From Girardia tigrina (taxonomy: Eukaryota), in contig MQRK01254065.1 of assembly GCA_001938485.1 (NCBI GenBank), forward strand, positions 1 through 62,699: a stretch of DNA of 62,699 nt, in the 5' to 3' direction. A model generated the notes under the pieces. It was not told the DNA's origin. It worked only from the letters and a program-made list of their open reading frames with translations, and made no database searches. Made by a program: the position numbers and the translations under genes. Shown piece by piece: positions 28,101 through 43,100 of the stretch; positions within the stretch are counted from its first letter, which is position 1; each line of letters starts with the position of its first letter.

Positions 28101-31100
28101 AGGAAAAGAAATTATTGTTTTTTTATTTATTTAACCAAAATATTTCAATAACAAAAACATAAAAGTTCTATAAACTCTTCATACGACATATTAAAGTTAA
28201 GATAGGGCGGCCAGCTCTGTCCTCTCCAGCTCTTCTCTCATCTTGCTTCTATCGTTTCTCCATTCAGATTCAATTATCGAAACCATGCAGTCAACAAAAG
28301 CGTTACTTACAGTTACTTTAAGTTCTTTACTGACTATTTAGTTAATTTCAGTAAGATTAATTGTACTAAAAATATTTACTCAGATTTGTTCTGTTGACTC
28401 TTGAATTTCTATACATTTCAATATTGTATGAATCAAAACAGTTAGTTGTATGAACGATTTTCATTAATATAAACATGAAAAATTTCTAAATTTTTTAAAA
28501 TTAAATATTTCAAGTCGTATTTTTTATATTTAAGACTTAACTTTTGAAATGACTGTTTTCAAATTTTTAGTATCTTGTCAAATAGTTAAAACATCGCATG
28601 TATATATTTAGACAATCAGATTCGATGTAATTACGCACTTTGCAACCGAAAAATTCTTTGAACCCTCAGTCTAATTTTTCTTTCAAAGAAATTCTAACGG
28701 CATAATCGTTAATAAAGTTTAGGGAAGGTAAAAATAATAAAAGGTGATCTACATCTTTAGTTTGATGAATTATATAATTAAAAAATATAATTAAATTTTA
28801 TTCAAATAATTACCGTCACATTCACAATATCTTGATTGAATGCTCTATTACAATTTCTTCTATTGTGCAAGTAAATTTTTTTCCCTACTTCCTCACCTTC
28901 GAGAACCTCCGCAAATCCGGAATGAGCATCTTCCAAATTTAATTTGCATTTCTATAAGCAATATCGATACAGAACAAATAATAAACATTGAATTACATGA
29001 ACTTCATTTAGCGGAGCTGATAAATAAAATGGTTTTCTTTTCGAAAATGGCTTAATATTTTCTTTAAAATCAATGTAAGCTTCAGATGGTTGGTAACCGG
29101 GTTGAAACACATCGTACCTTTGCCTGCCTAAACAACAAGAAAACAAAAATCAATTTTGCAAAAAATTGATTAAACATGTCAAAATTATCGTTTTACCAGA
29201 TAAATTCTTTAATATTGAGGAAATTTACAAATATTTCTACACATTTTTGAAAATTGATGAATTTGAATTATGTCATTGAAACCACTGTTACTGAAAACGT
29301 GGGTTACCAAAAATTTTAAAAGGGAAACTGACTTCATTGTTAACTTTAATATAATCATCTGGCATTAGTCCTATCACGAAACTGTTCATATTAGTAGAGT
29401 CTTTTTCTCTTTTTATAAAACTTTTGTTGTGTTTGGTAAATACGATTTATTATTTCAATTTAATTCATACAAATATCCATTAAAAATACTTAACCCTTAA
29501 ATGCATATTTTTTTTATAATTAAAAAACGTTTTATATAGGAAAAGATTCATAGATTATGCAAAAAAATAAATGAAAATATCTAGGTAATAATTTTGAGAG
29601 TTTATTTGAAAACGGTCATTAAGACATTTTCTATGGTCACAAGTAGGGCCCAATATTTACTGCGGCAAGAAATGATAGATTCCGCGGCATGTTTTGTGTC
29701 GCCCTGGAAACTTATACAAACAAATAATAATACAAGTAAAATAACTTTATATTCTATTTTTCTAATCTTATTTCTATTCTTCAGTCAATCACAATAATTA
29801 TTCAAAGAAGTATATCAAAACATTTACATTTTATCTTTTGTTAAAAAAACTGCACCATAAGCTCGCAGGTTTTCTTGTGATAGAGAATATCGCAATGGTG
29901 ACAACACCAATTCACAATTCGAGAAAGAACGTTCCACATCAACAGAAGAGATCGGCAGTGCAATGTAAACTTTAGCAAGTGCTGCTAAACAAGGCAGTCT
30001 GTCCTGTAACGCACTTCAAAGTGTAGTCAGATCAGCTTGAATTAATTCACGAAATAAAAATATTGCATACAATTACTTTTTAAGTTCTATGATTTAAATC
30101 GAATATTAATATTTTAATAATTTCCATATCGGAAATTAAAAAGTAATTATTAATTAATGTCGCGGAATCAGCCTACCAGCACTGAAAAAAAAATGTTAAT
30201 GCATTTCTTTGTGTGTTAATATTGTGCATGTTGTATATTGATTCGGATTGTGCCTCTCCTGCACAGATGGATGATTGATATTTTCTTTGATTCTTACTAA
30301 TTAAAAATAATTTAATTTAATTTTAAAGTAAAAAGATTTAAAATAATTTTTGAATATATTATTTATTTTTTAATGTAATTTAAAATTTCAATATATTCAT
30401 TTAATATGTTCTTTTTTTAAAAATATTTAGATTTAATTTCAATCAATTAGATTCTTTATAATTAATAATTTTTATTAACAGATTTTCCTTTATTGAAAAT
30501 AATTAGTTTGAACTCAGAAAGATATTGATCAAGTGAGATGTCAAATAGTGAATGCGCTTGTGATATCAATAAATGTTGTAAACCTCATATTGATGTCGTT
30601 AATATGGCGACCACAGCTCATGTGACAACGAAAATTATGGGACACGAAAAATTTGATGGATCCGAGTTGAAATTAGATGACTTCATAAACAATTTCGAAC
30701 GTTATGCGGATATTATAGGTATAACAGAAGATAGAAGATTAGTGATGGTGACGATCTTCATGACTCCATCAGCAATCACAAAATTTTCAGAAACAGATGG
30801 AACTACGTATAAAGAAAGCTTAACGTGGCATTAGTGAAAGAAAAATCTTTGCTCGACACAATGAAGTATATTTTAAATCTCCGGTGGGGATCTTCAGATC
30901 CATAAGAAACGTTCAAAAAAGCTGAAGAATTAGTAACGATATTAACAGAAAGTAAACTTTCTAAGAAAAAGCTGCTCAACCTTGTTTGCANNNNNNNNNN
31001 NNNNNNNNNNNNNNNNNNNNNNNNNNNNNNNNNNNNNNNNNNNNNNNNNNNNNNNNNNNNNNNNNNNNNNNNNNNNNNNNNNNNNNNNNNNNNNNNNNNN

Positions 31101-34100
31101 NNNNNNNNNNNNNNNNNNNNNNNNNNNNNNNNNNNNNNNNNNNNNNNNNNNNNNNNNNNNNNNNNNNNNNNNNNNNNNNNNNNNNNNNNNNNNNNNNNNN
31201 NNNNNNNNNNNNNNNNNNNNNNNNNNNNNNNNNNNNNNNNNNNNNCATCAAAATCGAAGATATGATATTGCAGAAATGCATGATGAAAACAATTACAACG
31301 AATATGAAGAAACATGATCAAATGAAGGAAACTCGAGGCAAAGAATGTTTACAGATAATAGACAAGTGTACGACAAAGACCATGGAAACGAGGATGCACG
31401 ATCACAAGGAGAGGTGATCAGTGTGCTTCACTAAAAAGTAAAAATGTGTGTGTATGTGATTGTGTATGTAATGGTATGTATGATTGTATGTGTGATTGTG
31501 TGTTGGAAGATATCCCTCTTGAAGTTTGTGACTTAGATTGTTGGAAAGAAGAATTTGAAATATACTATTTTGATAAGGAGATAAAGTAAAAATCGCAAAA
31601 GTTGAAACAGGAAGTAATGTTGAAAATATCAAAGCTCAATATTAGATATGACAAATTGAATGGAAGACCAAGCATTGAATTTAATACAAAGAATATGAAT
31701 GTTAAATGTCTTTTGGATATCGGTGCCAAAGTAAATGCTGTTAAAGCAAATATACTTAAAATTATGAAAGATGTTCAGATAGAGAAAACGAGTAAACACA
31801 TTCATTGTGCAAATGATTCAGAACTTATAAATTATGGAATTGATAAATTAAAAGTAATAATTGAAGGAGTATAAAAAAATATAGAGTTTTATGTAATAAA
31901 AGAACTCAATCCAGAAATGATAGCAGGAGTTAACTTTTTGGACAAATTTTCAACAAAGAATGGTCAATATTGATTTTTTAAGAATGCCTTTTGGAATTGC
32001 AGCGGCTCCAGTTACCTTTCAAGAATTAATGGTGAAAGTTCTAGGAGATTTGAATTGGAAAGAAGCAGTCATATATTTGGATGATATTTTGATTTATGCA
32101 AAAGATAGAGAAGAACATCTTCAAAGAATACATAACGTATTTGAGAAATTTAAAAAATCCGGCTTGAGAATAAATCCAGAGAAATGTCAATTCCTAGTAG
32201 AAAAAACGAAATTTTTAGGATATGTCATAAGTAAAGAAGGTATTGAGGCAGATAAAACAAAGATGGATGCAATTAGAAAATTTCAAAACCCATCATGTAT
32301 CAAACATTTAAGAAGCTTTTTGGGTTGGACGAATTACTACAGGAAATTCATAAAGGATTACGCTAGATATGCAAAGGTTTTAGAAGGCTTATGTGGTAAG
32401 AGCAAGGATAAAAAACTGATTTGGACTGAAGAATGGATGAAGCTTTTCAAAAATTAAAAGAAAGAATGATCAAGACACCAATTGTGGCATACCCTGATTT
32501 TTCAAAAGACTTTATACTCGATACAGATGCAAGTTTTGATACAATAGGAGCGGTGCTATCACAGAAAGACATATGTGGAAGAGAAAGAGTAATTGCATAT
32601 GGTTCNNATAAAATGAATAAACATGAACTTGGTTATTGCATTACAAGGAAAGAACTGCTTGCAATTTATTATTTCACTGAACATTTTAAACATTTTTTGT
32701 ATGGGAAAAGATTTTTGTTACGAACGGATCGTAAAGCTTTCACTTTTATGATGACTACGAAAAACGCTATTACACCACAGTTTCAAACATGGATAAATTT
32801 TCTTAGAGGTCTTGACATGAAAATAGAATATCGGAAAGGTGAGAAACATTCAAATGCTGACGCGATGTCTAAAAATTCTTGCGAATTGTGTAGCCAATGT
32901 CAGACGATGCATGAATAAGCCAAGAAAGGAAATATCAAGACGAGAATTCTTGCATTGAACGAAGAGTCAGAGGGTTTCAAATGGCAAAATAATAATGAAG
33001 AAATAAAAAAAATTGTTGAAGATATCAGAAAAGGGAAAATTAGGAAATGGACACTAAAAATGACATCGTAGCAACTCAGGACAACAAATACTGGATCCCA
33101 AAAGAAAAACGAACAGATTTTATTGAAGAGATGCACAAGCTGTTATGCCATGATGGTAGTAAAAAGTCTAAAACTATCTTTGAGAAGATTTTGACATGAA
33201 AAATATGAGGAATTTCATTAAAGAAATAGTCCAAAGTTGTTTAAATTGTCAAAAAAGAAAGACATTAACAGCGAAAACGAAAGAAAAACATATAAAGTTG
33301 TCGGCAGATAAACCTTTAAAAAAATATACATGGACTTCTGTGAACCATTCAAAAGAAACATAAACAGATATCAATACGTACTTGCAATAGTAGACCAATT
33401 CAGTAGATATATTAGTCTGAATGCAGTTGCTAGTCAAGATGAAAAAAACAGTTCGTAGAGTGATATTGGACAGATGGATATGGAAATTTGGACCTCCAAA
33501 GGAAATCCATGTTGATAGAGGAAAAACATTTGAATTGGCTTTGTTCAAAGATACAGTTATAAGGTTCAAAGTCGAGATAATCTATTCAAGACCATATCAT
33601 CAAAATACAAATGGGATAGTGGAAAGACAATTTCGAACAATCAGAGATGCTATAAATATTAGAATGAAGGACGGAAACCCCAAAATTGGACAGAAGTTTT
33701 GTCGGAAATAGAATTTATGTTGAATAGTACAGTTCAAGCTACGACAGGTGTTTCACCGGCTGAAATAATATTTGGGAGACGATTAAGACATTGGTGGAAG
33801 AACAATAAAGAAACTAACGGAAACCAAGTTAATGTCGAACAAAATGCGAAGACAAGAAGAGTTTTTGAAGTTAGAGACAGAGTGTTGATAAAAAAAGAAA
33901 ATATATCAAAAGAAGATGACCGTTACATGGGTCCAGTAATTGTGTTGAAACGAAATCATGAAAGGAGTTAGGAGTTACAGCTCGAAGATGGTAGAACTTT
34001 GATTAGAAATGTTGAATGGCTAAATCCATTTAAACCGAGGGGGATGTGAGAAATGTTTTGAATTGTGTGTTGATATTGTGCATGTTGTATGTTGATTCGG

Positions 34101-37100
34101 ATTGTGCCTCTCCTGCACAGATGGATGAATGATATTTTCTTTGATTCTTATTAATTAAAAATAATTTAATTTAATTTTAAAGTAAAAAGATTTAAAATAA
34201 TTTTTGAATATATTATTTATTTTTTAATGTAATTTAAAATTTTAATATATTCATTTAATATGTTCCTTTATAAAAATGTTTAGATTTAATTTCAATCAAT
34301 TAGATTCTTTATAATTAATAATTTTTATTAACAGATTTTCCTTTATTGAAAATAATTAGTTTGAACTCAGAAAGATATTGATCAAGTGAGATGTCAAATA
34401 GTGAATGCGCTTGTGATATTAATAAATGTTGTAAACCTCATATTGATGTTGTTAATAGTCGGTACATGGTCTTCGCCGAAAGACGCCCGGAAGCCAATGC
34501 AATCGATCGAAAACCGTACAAGTCGTTAAAGGGTTAAATGAACATTGATTTCGAATAATGACGATTTTGATGATTTCTACACGGTACTTCGTGAAAATAT
34601 TTATGAAAATACTAATTTATTTGATAAATGACGATTTTTATCACATATTTACTAATTATATTTCTAAAAATCAATTTAGGTTAAATTTGTAAAATTTCGT
34701 TATCATCTGATTCACAGTTTGTCGGTCAAGCTAAAATTTTATTATGATCATATATATGTCACGCAGGAGAGGGGGACAGAATTTTGTGACGAAATGTGAT
34801 TTGACGGAATCCGCGGCGTGACGTTTTTATCTCTCAAAACCATAATTTCCGCGGCCCGTGCTAAGTCGTGGGCCCTAGTTATAAGCGTGTATTCGGTAAC
34901 TTACACATGCAGGTTTTTCGATAAAATAAGGTAAAACAGGAATGTTGCATTGAAGAATTTATATAAGAAGAACACTGAAAAATTATCTTACGACAGAAAT
35001 AAAATTGATTCATTTTATCAATTTTTGTATAGTTTACGTTATTATGTTTTTTGCATTCATTCGTTTCAAGTCCTAGAAAAAGTGTATATTAGGAAGTTAT
35101 AGCAATTTAATATAGGAAATAAATTATGTTTTTGTTGTCATTAAATCATGCAGGTACATAATAAAAAATATTGATATTTATCAAAAAAAATTCATGAAAT
35201 ATATACCTTTTAATATTCGCATAAGTGTATCAAAATTTTTCTTATTACGATCGAGGTCGTCTTTCTCAACACTTATTGGAATATGAGTATGCGTACTTCC
35301 CATGAAACTGTAAAATTCTTTATATTCGTACAAAAATTCGCTTCCGTGAATAAATTGGTTTGGTTCTAATATAATATGTTTTTTAAAATACAAAATTGTA
35401 ATTTATTGTAAATTTTTATAAATAAAAACAATTTTTTTCGGAAGATAAAAAAACGTGATTATTTTGATTTAAAAATGTACCAATGCAAAATTGATGATTA
35501 TTATTATATAAATGCTTTATTCAGATGAAAAATTAAGATAAGAAAATCCAACAAAAGGTACTAGAATGTACATATGCGTCGTCAGTCCTAAAATATAAAT
35601 TTACAGAATCTTTTACTATATTTAATAACAAAAATTTAAATTCTTATTTTATTTTATTTTTTTTACTTCTTAAATAGAACCCCGTTCAACAATGCTTTTA
35701 CATTTTTGAAATCGAGCATAGAAGAATAAATTGTCTTTTGAATTAGTGTTGTTTTATTTGATGATATAGAAAACCATGAATCAATAGTTGTAAAGTGGTA
35801 CAAGAGCAATATTTTGTTTCAATTAATAAGACTTCAAATAAACATAAAAAAGAAAAATAAGATGTTTTTTGAAACAAAATTTTTCTTTTAAAACCAAGAC
35901 AAATATCCTGAGTTCTTTTAATAATTAAATTCATCTTGTTCCTCTTTTTTTGATGATTGCTCTTAGATATGAAACATTACATGAACCAAAAACATATTGC
36001 TGAATGGTATGGAGAAGATACTGATCAAGTGCAGAAAAGTGGTGATGCCCTTTCTTACTAAACTTTTCATTAAATTGGTTACATAATCATTATTTTAAAT
36101 ATTTATCTGGAATTTTCTCAAGTCGAGAGATAACAACCAATACTTCATCAAACAAATAATTCATCATTGCTACATACTTTTTCAAATTTTTCAATTTCTA
36201 GCACTTAATGTTGCGCTGCTCCCGAAGAATTCAGAAAATGTTTGTCGAATGTTTTTCGAATCTATAAAATTTGTTGATAAAATCCATATTGAGGATTAAG
36301 AACTCTTGGAAGTTTGATGAGTTCATATATAGTACCCTTATATTGTACCTAAAGTTTAGATCCCAGATTTTGGGATTCCACATCTAGTATTATTCCGTTC
36401 AATTGGCCATGTTTATTTTTTATTCACAAACTCAAAACATATGAAATGTATAAAAATGGTATACTTTATCATAAGAAGGAAAATGATGAAAAATAACCTG
36501 CTATTAAATATTTGTCAAACTGAATATGAATAATATAAAACGATCTTCCTTTGCCATATTTTCTAACGGTAAATGTCGGTATCACTGAAACAAATATGAT
36601 CTTTTGGTCTAGATTTTCCATGATTTTTTCGAAATTTGAATTTAAAAAAAACTCCTGAAAAGATAAATCGTAAATATCGATGAATACACAATAAAAGAGT
36701 TAACAATTGAAACGATTCCTAACAAATTGTACAAAACAAAATGTATTTTCGTATCATTAAATAATTTGTACAGAAAATTGAAGCTAAATATAAACTTTGA
36801 CGTTTTTACTTTTCGATGGATTGATGTTTGTTCAAAACTGCTTTTGTTTAAATTTAAAATTGGAACTTTATTACTTGTAATGCAATTTTTATTATTTAAA
36901 TTATTTGTTATATATTCAAAATAGAACTGTTTTAAATAATATTAGCTTCTGTTTTAGTTGCATCGTGCTCGGCATTAGGTATGAAAATTAAAACAAATAA
37001 TTTAAATAAAATAAGCAAACAAATATAAAAAATCTATATAATAAGTAAGTTGTATCACACAATCAAATTAAAATCAAATCAAATACAGGGTGCGGCAGCT

Positions 37101-40100
37101 ATTTGAGAACACGTAATATAGACACCATATCTTTTTGTGTGTTATAATTACATAATTTTATTTTTGCTGGTAGACATGGCAGAAGCTACTCTTACNNNNN
37201 NNNNNNNNNNNNNNNNNNNNNNNNNNNNNNNNNNNNNNNNNNNNNNNNNNNNNNNNNNNNNNNNNNNNNNNNNNNNNNNNNNNNNNNNNNNNNNNNNNNN
37301 NNNNNNNNNNNNNNNNNNNNNNNNNNNNNNNNNNNNNNNNNNNNNNNNNNNNNNNNNNNNNNNNNNNNNNNNNNNNNNNNNNNNNNNNNNNNNNNNNNNN
37401 NNNNNNNNNNNNNNNNNNNNNNNNNNNNNNNNNNNNNNNNNNNNNNNNNNNNNNNNNNNNNNNNNNNNNNNNNNNNNNNNNNNNNNNNNNNNNNNNNNNN
37501 NNNNNNNNNNNNNNNNNNNNNNNNNNNNNNNNNNNNNNNNNNNNNNNNNNNNNNNNNNNNNNNNNNNNNNNNNNNNNNNNNNNNNNNNNNNNNNNNNNNN
37601 NNNNNNNNNNNNNNNNNNNNNNNNNNNNNNNNNNNNNNNNNNNNNNNNNNNNNNNNNNNNNNNNNNNNNNNNNNNNNNNNNNNNNNNNNNNNNNNNNNNN
37701 NNNNNNNNNNNNNNNNNNNNNNNNNNNNNNNNNNNNNNNNNNNNNNNNNNNNNNNNNNNNNNNNNNNNNNNNNNNNNNNNNNNNNNNNNNNNNNNNNNNN
37801 NNNNNNNNNNNNNNNNNNNNNNNNNNNNNNNNNNNNNNNNNNNNNNNNNNNNNNNNNNNNNNNNNNNNNNNNNNNNNNNNNNNNNNNNNNNNNNNNNNNN
37901 NNNNNNNNNNNNNNNNNNNNNNNNNNNNNNNNNNNNNNNNNNNNNNNNNNNNNNNNNNNNNNNNNNNNNNNNNNNNNNNNNNNNNNNNNNNNNNNNNNNN
38001 NNNNNNNNNNNNNNNNNNNNNNNNNNNNNNNNNNNNNNGTACGTGTTAATATATGTAAAATTTTAAATTGTAATAAATGTTATTTTTCTGTTGTATATTC
38101 ATTTTTTGAACTTTATGTCATTTTGTTCTCAAATAGCTGCCGCACCCTGTAATAATAAAATGATTGAAATTTAGTGTTTTATAAATAATATTAAAAATAG
38201 TGACGAGTTTCATTTAAATCCGAAAATCCTCGATCAGTTCTTTAAAACAATATATAATGTTCTTGGATTATCTTTAGCAATATGTACGACAAATAACATT
38301 TCTTTAGCTAAAGTTTTAATTAAACTTCAAAAAGGCTTGATGTGTAAAATGAATTAAAATATAAACTTATATCAGGCGAGTACGCAGTGGGGATTAGAGG
38401 GATAAATTCCACCTCCCCCTAAAAAAAGTTTGAATTATGATCTTAATTAAGTTAAAATGTTTAAAAGTTTTAAATGTGAACTGTTAGTTTTTAATAAGAA
38501 TTGCACAATAACTTCGTTTCCCAAAAATATATTTACTAATTAAAACAAATACATAAAAAATGCGAGAATTAATGATGAAATAATTGGAACCAGATTTAAA
38601 TAATTTTATATAAATTAATATTTATTTGAATGACTATAATTTTGAATAATAATTTAATAATACTAATATTCTTCCTAACATCCCCCTTTCTTAAAAGACC
38701 TTAACTATTCTATATTGCGTATAATTTTTTTACCGATGTCGTTTTCCAACTCATAACTGCGATCATGAATTTTTTTAATGACTCGATAAGGACATTCATA
38801 CCCATCTTTCATCTTTCTCACGACCTTCTTTTTTTACTAACACTTTGTCATCTATTTCGAAAAACCTATTTCCACGATTGTCATTTTGATAAGTAATTAA
38901 ATTTTGATTTTTAATAGCTGTTTGTTTCTGTTCTTCTCTATTACCAGCTCTATTTGTATCACCCCATTCTCTATTGATTTTAAAACCGAAAATTATATCT
39001 GCTAGACTCATTTGTAATGATTTTTGCACAGTAGCATTTAAACAAAATTTAATTTCTGGAAGTAAATCAACCCAATTCCTACTTTTATCTGTCTCACTTG
39101 TTGTGTTAATATAATCCCGAATAGTCCTAAATTGCCTTTCAATTATACCATTTGTATTATGGTGGTATGAACTTGAAAACTCTAATTTGATATGAAATTT
39201 TTCACATATGATTCTAATTAATTTCGATTCAAATGTATTTCCACGATCAACATGAATAATTCTTGGTGCACAGAATTTCAATATCAAATTGTTCAAAATA
39301 GTTCTAGATGTAGTTTCTTCATCTTGTTTAGCAACTGCAGATAATGAAATATATCTGCTAAATTGGTCAATTATACTTAATATATACTTTTTGCCATATT
39401 TATTGGCCTTTAACGGTCCACAGAAATCTATAAAAATTGATTCGAATGGATAATCGCATTTCTGTTTGATTATAACTCTTTTTGTCCTTGTTGTTAATAC
39501 TTTCCTTTTTTGACATGCTTCACACGTTTCTATTATTTCCTTGACCTTTTCTTTAAGATTTTCCATTGCATAAGTGTCTTTTATGTAATTGAAAACTTTT
39601 TCTATACCAGCAAGGCACAACATTGAATGAATATATTGAATAAATTGACATCTATTATTTGCCGGAATCCATATTTTTCTATCGTGTGTCATTACCACTC
39701 CTTTGGTTAACGTATATTCATCTATTTCATAATTATTTATCCGTCTTTTAATCTCCTCAATCTCTTTGTTATCATGTTACCATTTGAAAACATCTGATTA
39801 AGAAAATGATGGTTTTCAGTTTTACTTTTTTAGACTCCTCGTGTTGCATTTGACATTGACAGCACATATCACAATCTCTCCTTGATAATGCATCTACATT
39901 TGAATGATGCAATCCCTTTCTATACTCTAATTTCATATCTAAACTACTTAAAAAGTTTAGCCACGTNNNNNNNNNNNNNNNNNNNNNNNNNNNNNNNNNN
40001 NNNNNNNNNNNNNNNNNNNNNNNNNNNNNNNNNNNNNNNNNNNNNNNNNNNNNNNNNNNNNNNNNNNNNNNNNNNNNNNNNNNNNNNNTTGCTAACAACT

Positions 40101-43100
40101 CCTTCCTTGTTATGCAGTATCCAATTTCATGTTTACTCATAGCATGTGATCCATAGGCAATTACTTTTTCATTCCCTTCGTCATGTAACTGAGATAAAAC
40201 TGCACCAATCGTATTGTAACTTGCATCTGTATCTAAAATGAAATCCTTATTGAAATCATGATATGATAGCACTGGTGTTTTCGTTAGAGCTTCCTTTAAA
40301 ATGATTTTTCACATTCATCGTTTCAAAAGAGTTTTTCCTTGTTGCTGCCACAGAGGGTTTCTAGATTCCTTGCAAGACTTGAATAGTTTTTTTTGTAAAT
40401 TTCCGATAATAATTACAAAGACCCAGAAAACTTCTTAATTTTTTAATACATTTCGGTCTTTCAAATGTTTTGATGGATTCTAACTTTTCTAGATCGGTTC
40501 TAACTCCATTTTCGTCAATAATGTGACCTAAAAATTTGGTTTCCTGTTTTAAAAAATGACATTTCTCTGGGTTTATTTTAAGACCTGCGCATTTAATTTT
40601 ATCAAACAATTTATTTAATTTAAAAATATGTTCGTCCAGAGTCTTTGAGAAAACAAGAATGTCATNNNNNNNNNNNNNNNNNNNNNNNNNNNNNNNNNNN
40701 NNNNNNNNNNNNNNNNNNNNNNNNNNNNNNNNNNNNNNNNNNNNNNNNNNNNNNNNNNNNNNNNNNNNNNNNNNNNNNNNNNNGCTTTTTGTAGAAAACG
40801 CCGTTTTCAGTTTTGAATCTTCATCTAACTCCACTTGGTAATAGGCATTACCCAAATCGATTGTGCTAAAAACACGAGCTCCGTTAAGAGAATCCAATAT
40901 TTCCTCAATGTTAGGCATAGGGTATGCTGGTCTTTCTATTACTTTATTTAACTGTCTAAAATCCAAGCATAGTCGTATTTCTTGTTTGTCTTTCTTCCAC
41001 ACAAAAACCATGGGTGTGTTCCAGGGCGAATCGCATCGTTTGATAATCTTATTATCCTCCAGATTCTTTATCAGATCTTCAATTTTATCTTCTAAATTGG
41101 CTGGTTGCCTTCTCGGTTTCATTAAAATCGGATCACCGTTTGTTATAATTTTATGTTTCAAAAGTTTTGTACAACTCACATCCCATTTGTGTGCCATAAA
41201 TACATCTAAATGTTTCTTCACTATTTCATATAAAGGAGAGTCTAATTTTATTTTCAATAAATCAAGAATATTTTTCCCCTTAATATTATGAGGTATCTGC
41301 AATCCAAATTTAGTACTGATACTGCATATTTCACTACAGTTGTTATCATCAAAATTAAATCCTTTATTATTTAATTGTTCATTGTCTATTTTTAAGTGAA
41401 TTTTAAAAGCATTTAAAAATTCCAAACCGCTTATAACAGATGGTGATACTTTTCCAGCAATATAAAATTTTATTACCTTATAAATTTCACCTATTTCTAT
41501 CTTTAGAAAGACAATTCCTAATATGCTTAAAGCACTTCCATTTGCACAAATAATACTTTCATTACTATATTTTTCCGGAATTATTTCTAACCTATTAATT
41601 TCCTCTCTTCCTATAACATTTATTCGGGCGCCTGTATCCAGTAAACAAGAAAAATACAGATCATTACACTTAACTATCATTCGGGCTCGTCCATCAAGTT
41701 TGTCATATTTTATTTTAGAATCACACAATCTAGATATTCCGCAGTTATTTTTTTATTATTATATAATACATCTATATTTGTTGAACTTTTAACATTTGAC
41801 ATACAACAACCCGACACATTACATAATCGGTCATTTTCGCAATTTTGATTTTGAACTTGGAAAATAAAATTATGGATAAATTATTTACTTAAATTATATG
41901 TATGTATTCCTCATTCCATAACATCGAAGATTTAAAGTTCTTGACAAATTATTATGTGTAATTTTTTGTGTATTGTAAATCTAAAATATCAATATATCCG
42001 GTAAATGCCAGATTAATTGAAATAAATTAAATGCATTTTCATTAGCAAATAACTTAATTAAACACCCTTAACGTTAACAATATGTGCAGCTTCTTATACA
42101 TTGAAACACGCATTATCCGATATTGTAAACCACATTCTTGCTGAGAATTGTTAGTAATGTTGTGTAACATAAATAATTAAAAATTGTATAACTCTGAACC
42201 ACTTGACTCATCCAATGTATTTTTGCATAATCTAATTATTTTATCGACCATAAATTAAACATAGAAAGTGAAATAGCAAATGTAAATCAATATTGGATGT
42301 AATATTTATATTTATTATATTTATTTACAAAATCGAAAAGTAAAATCTATACACAAGAAATAAAAATAAAGAGCCGAGTTTTGAGATAACGATTTAATCA
42401 TCAGGTATATATTAAAACCACACCATATATTAAACTTAATACACTTCAAAAACATAAAAAAACATCTCACCTATTAATCATTGAGTAAAATGAATTTATT
42501 TTATAATTTTAAAACATTTAGTAAAAATAAACTAACAGCGATCATTTCCATTGTCAGATTCTTTAAGTATTTAATATTTAGCCCGAAGAAAAGTTTAATG
42601 GTTACACTTACTTCCTTTAGACTTACAAATGTACGCAACTTTAACTTTTTTAAAATATCTTTAATAATATTTTTGGTATATTTTTTAATAAAAAAATACA
42701 TTTACTTCCTACTCCCATTATATAACCCGTGTCATAATAGTTTTCTAGAAAAGTTGCTTCTTTGTTTATCCCTTGGGATATACGTAAGAAATTGTGGTAA
42801 TTATTTTAGATCAGCGATTTTCTAACGTTTATGTTTACATAACTCTCTAGTCTTCGATAAAAGTATGAGTAACCTTATAATAAAGGTTTATTATACAAAA
42901 CGTTTTAAGCGAATACTTATTTTTGGGTTCTTGATTATGATTAGAATTCATTAACACAAAATTTTATTTCTCAATAAAAATAACAATTTTTCTGGAGGAA
43001 CTTCTCTTTTGTTTTCTTTTGACCAGATTATTTCGTAAAAATACTGGATTATAATACTGATAAATTATTTATTAAAAACGTTAAATCGAATTTATTATTT

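Noticed and set aside
37137-38066. 309-aa ORF and other X-rich ORFs (30803-31417, 12942-13133)
   Set aside because: Artefacts of translating through N-gaps and TA repeats.
41880-42875. TAA reassigned to Gln (alternative genetic code), suggested by isolated in-frame TAAs
   Set aside because: The 1879-codon host gene has no internal TAA/TAG and both paralogs end in TAA, so the standard code applies and these stops are decay.
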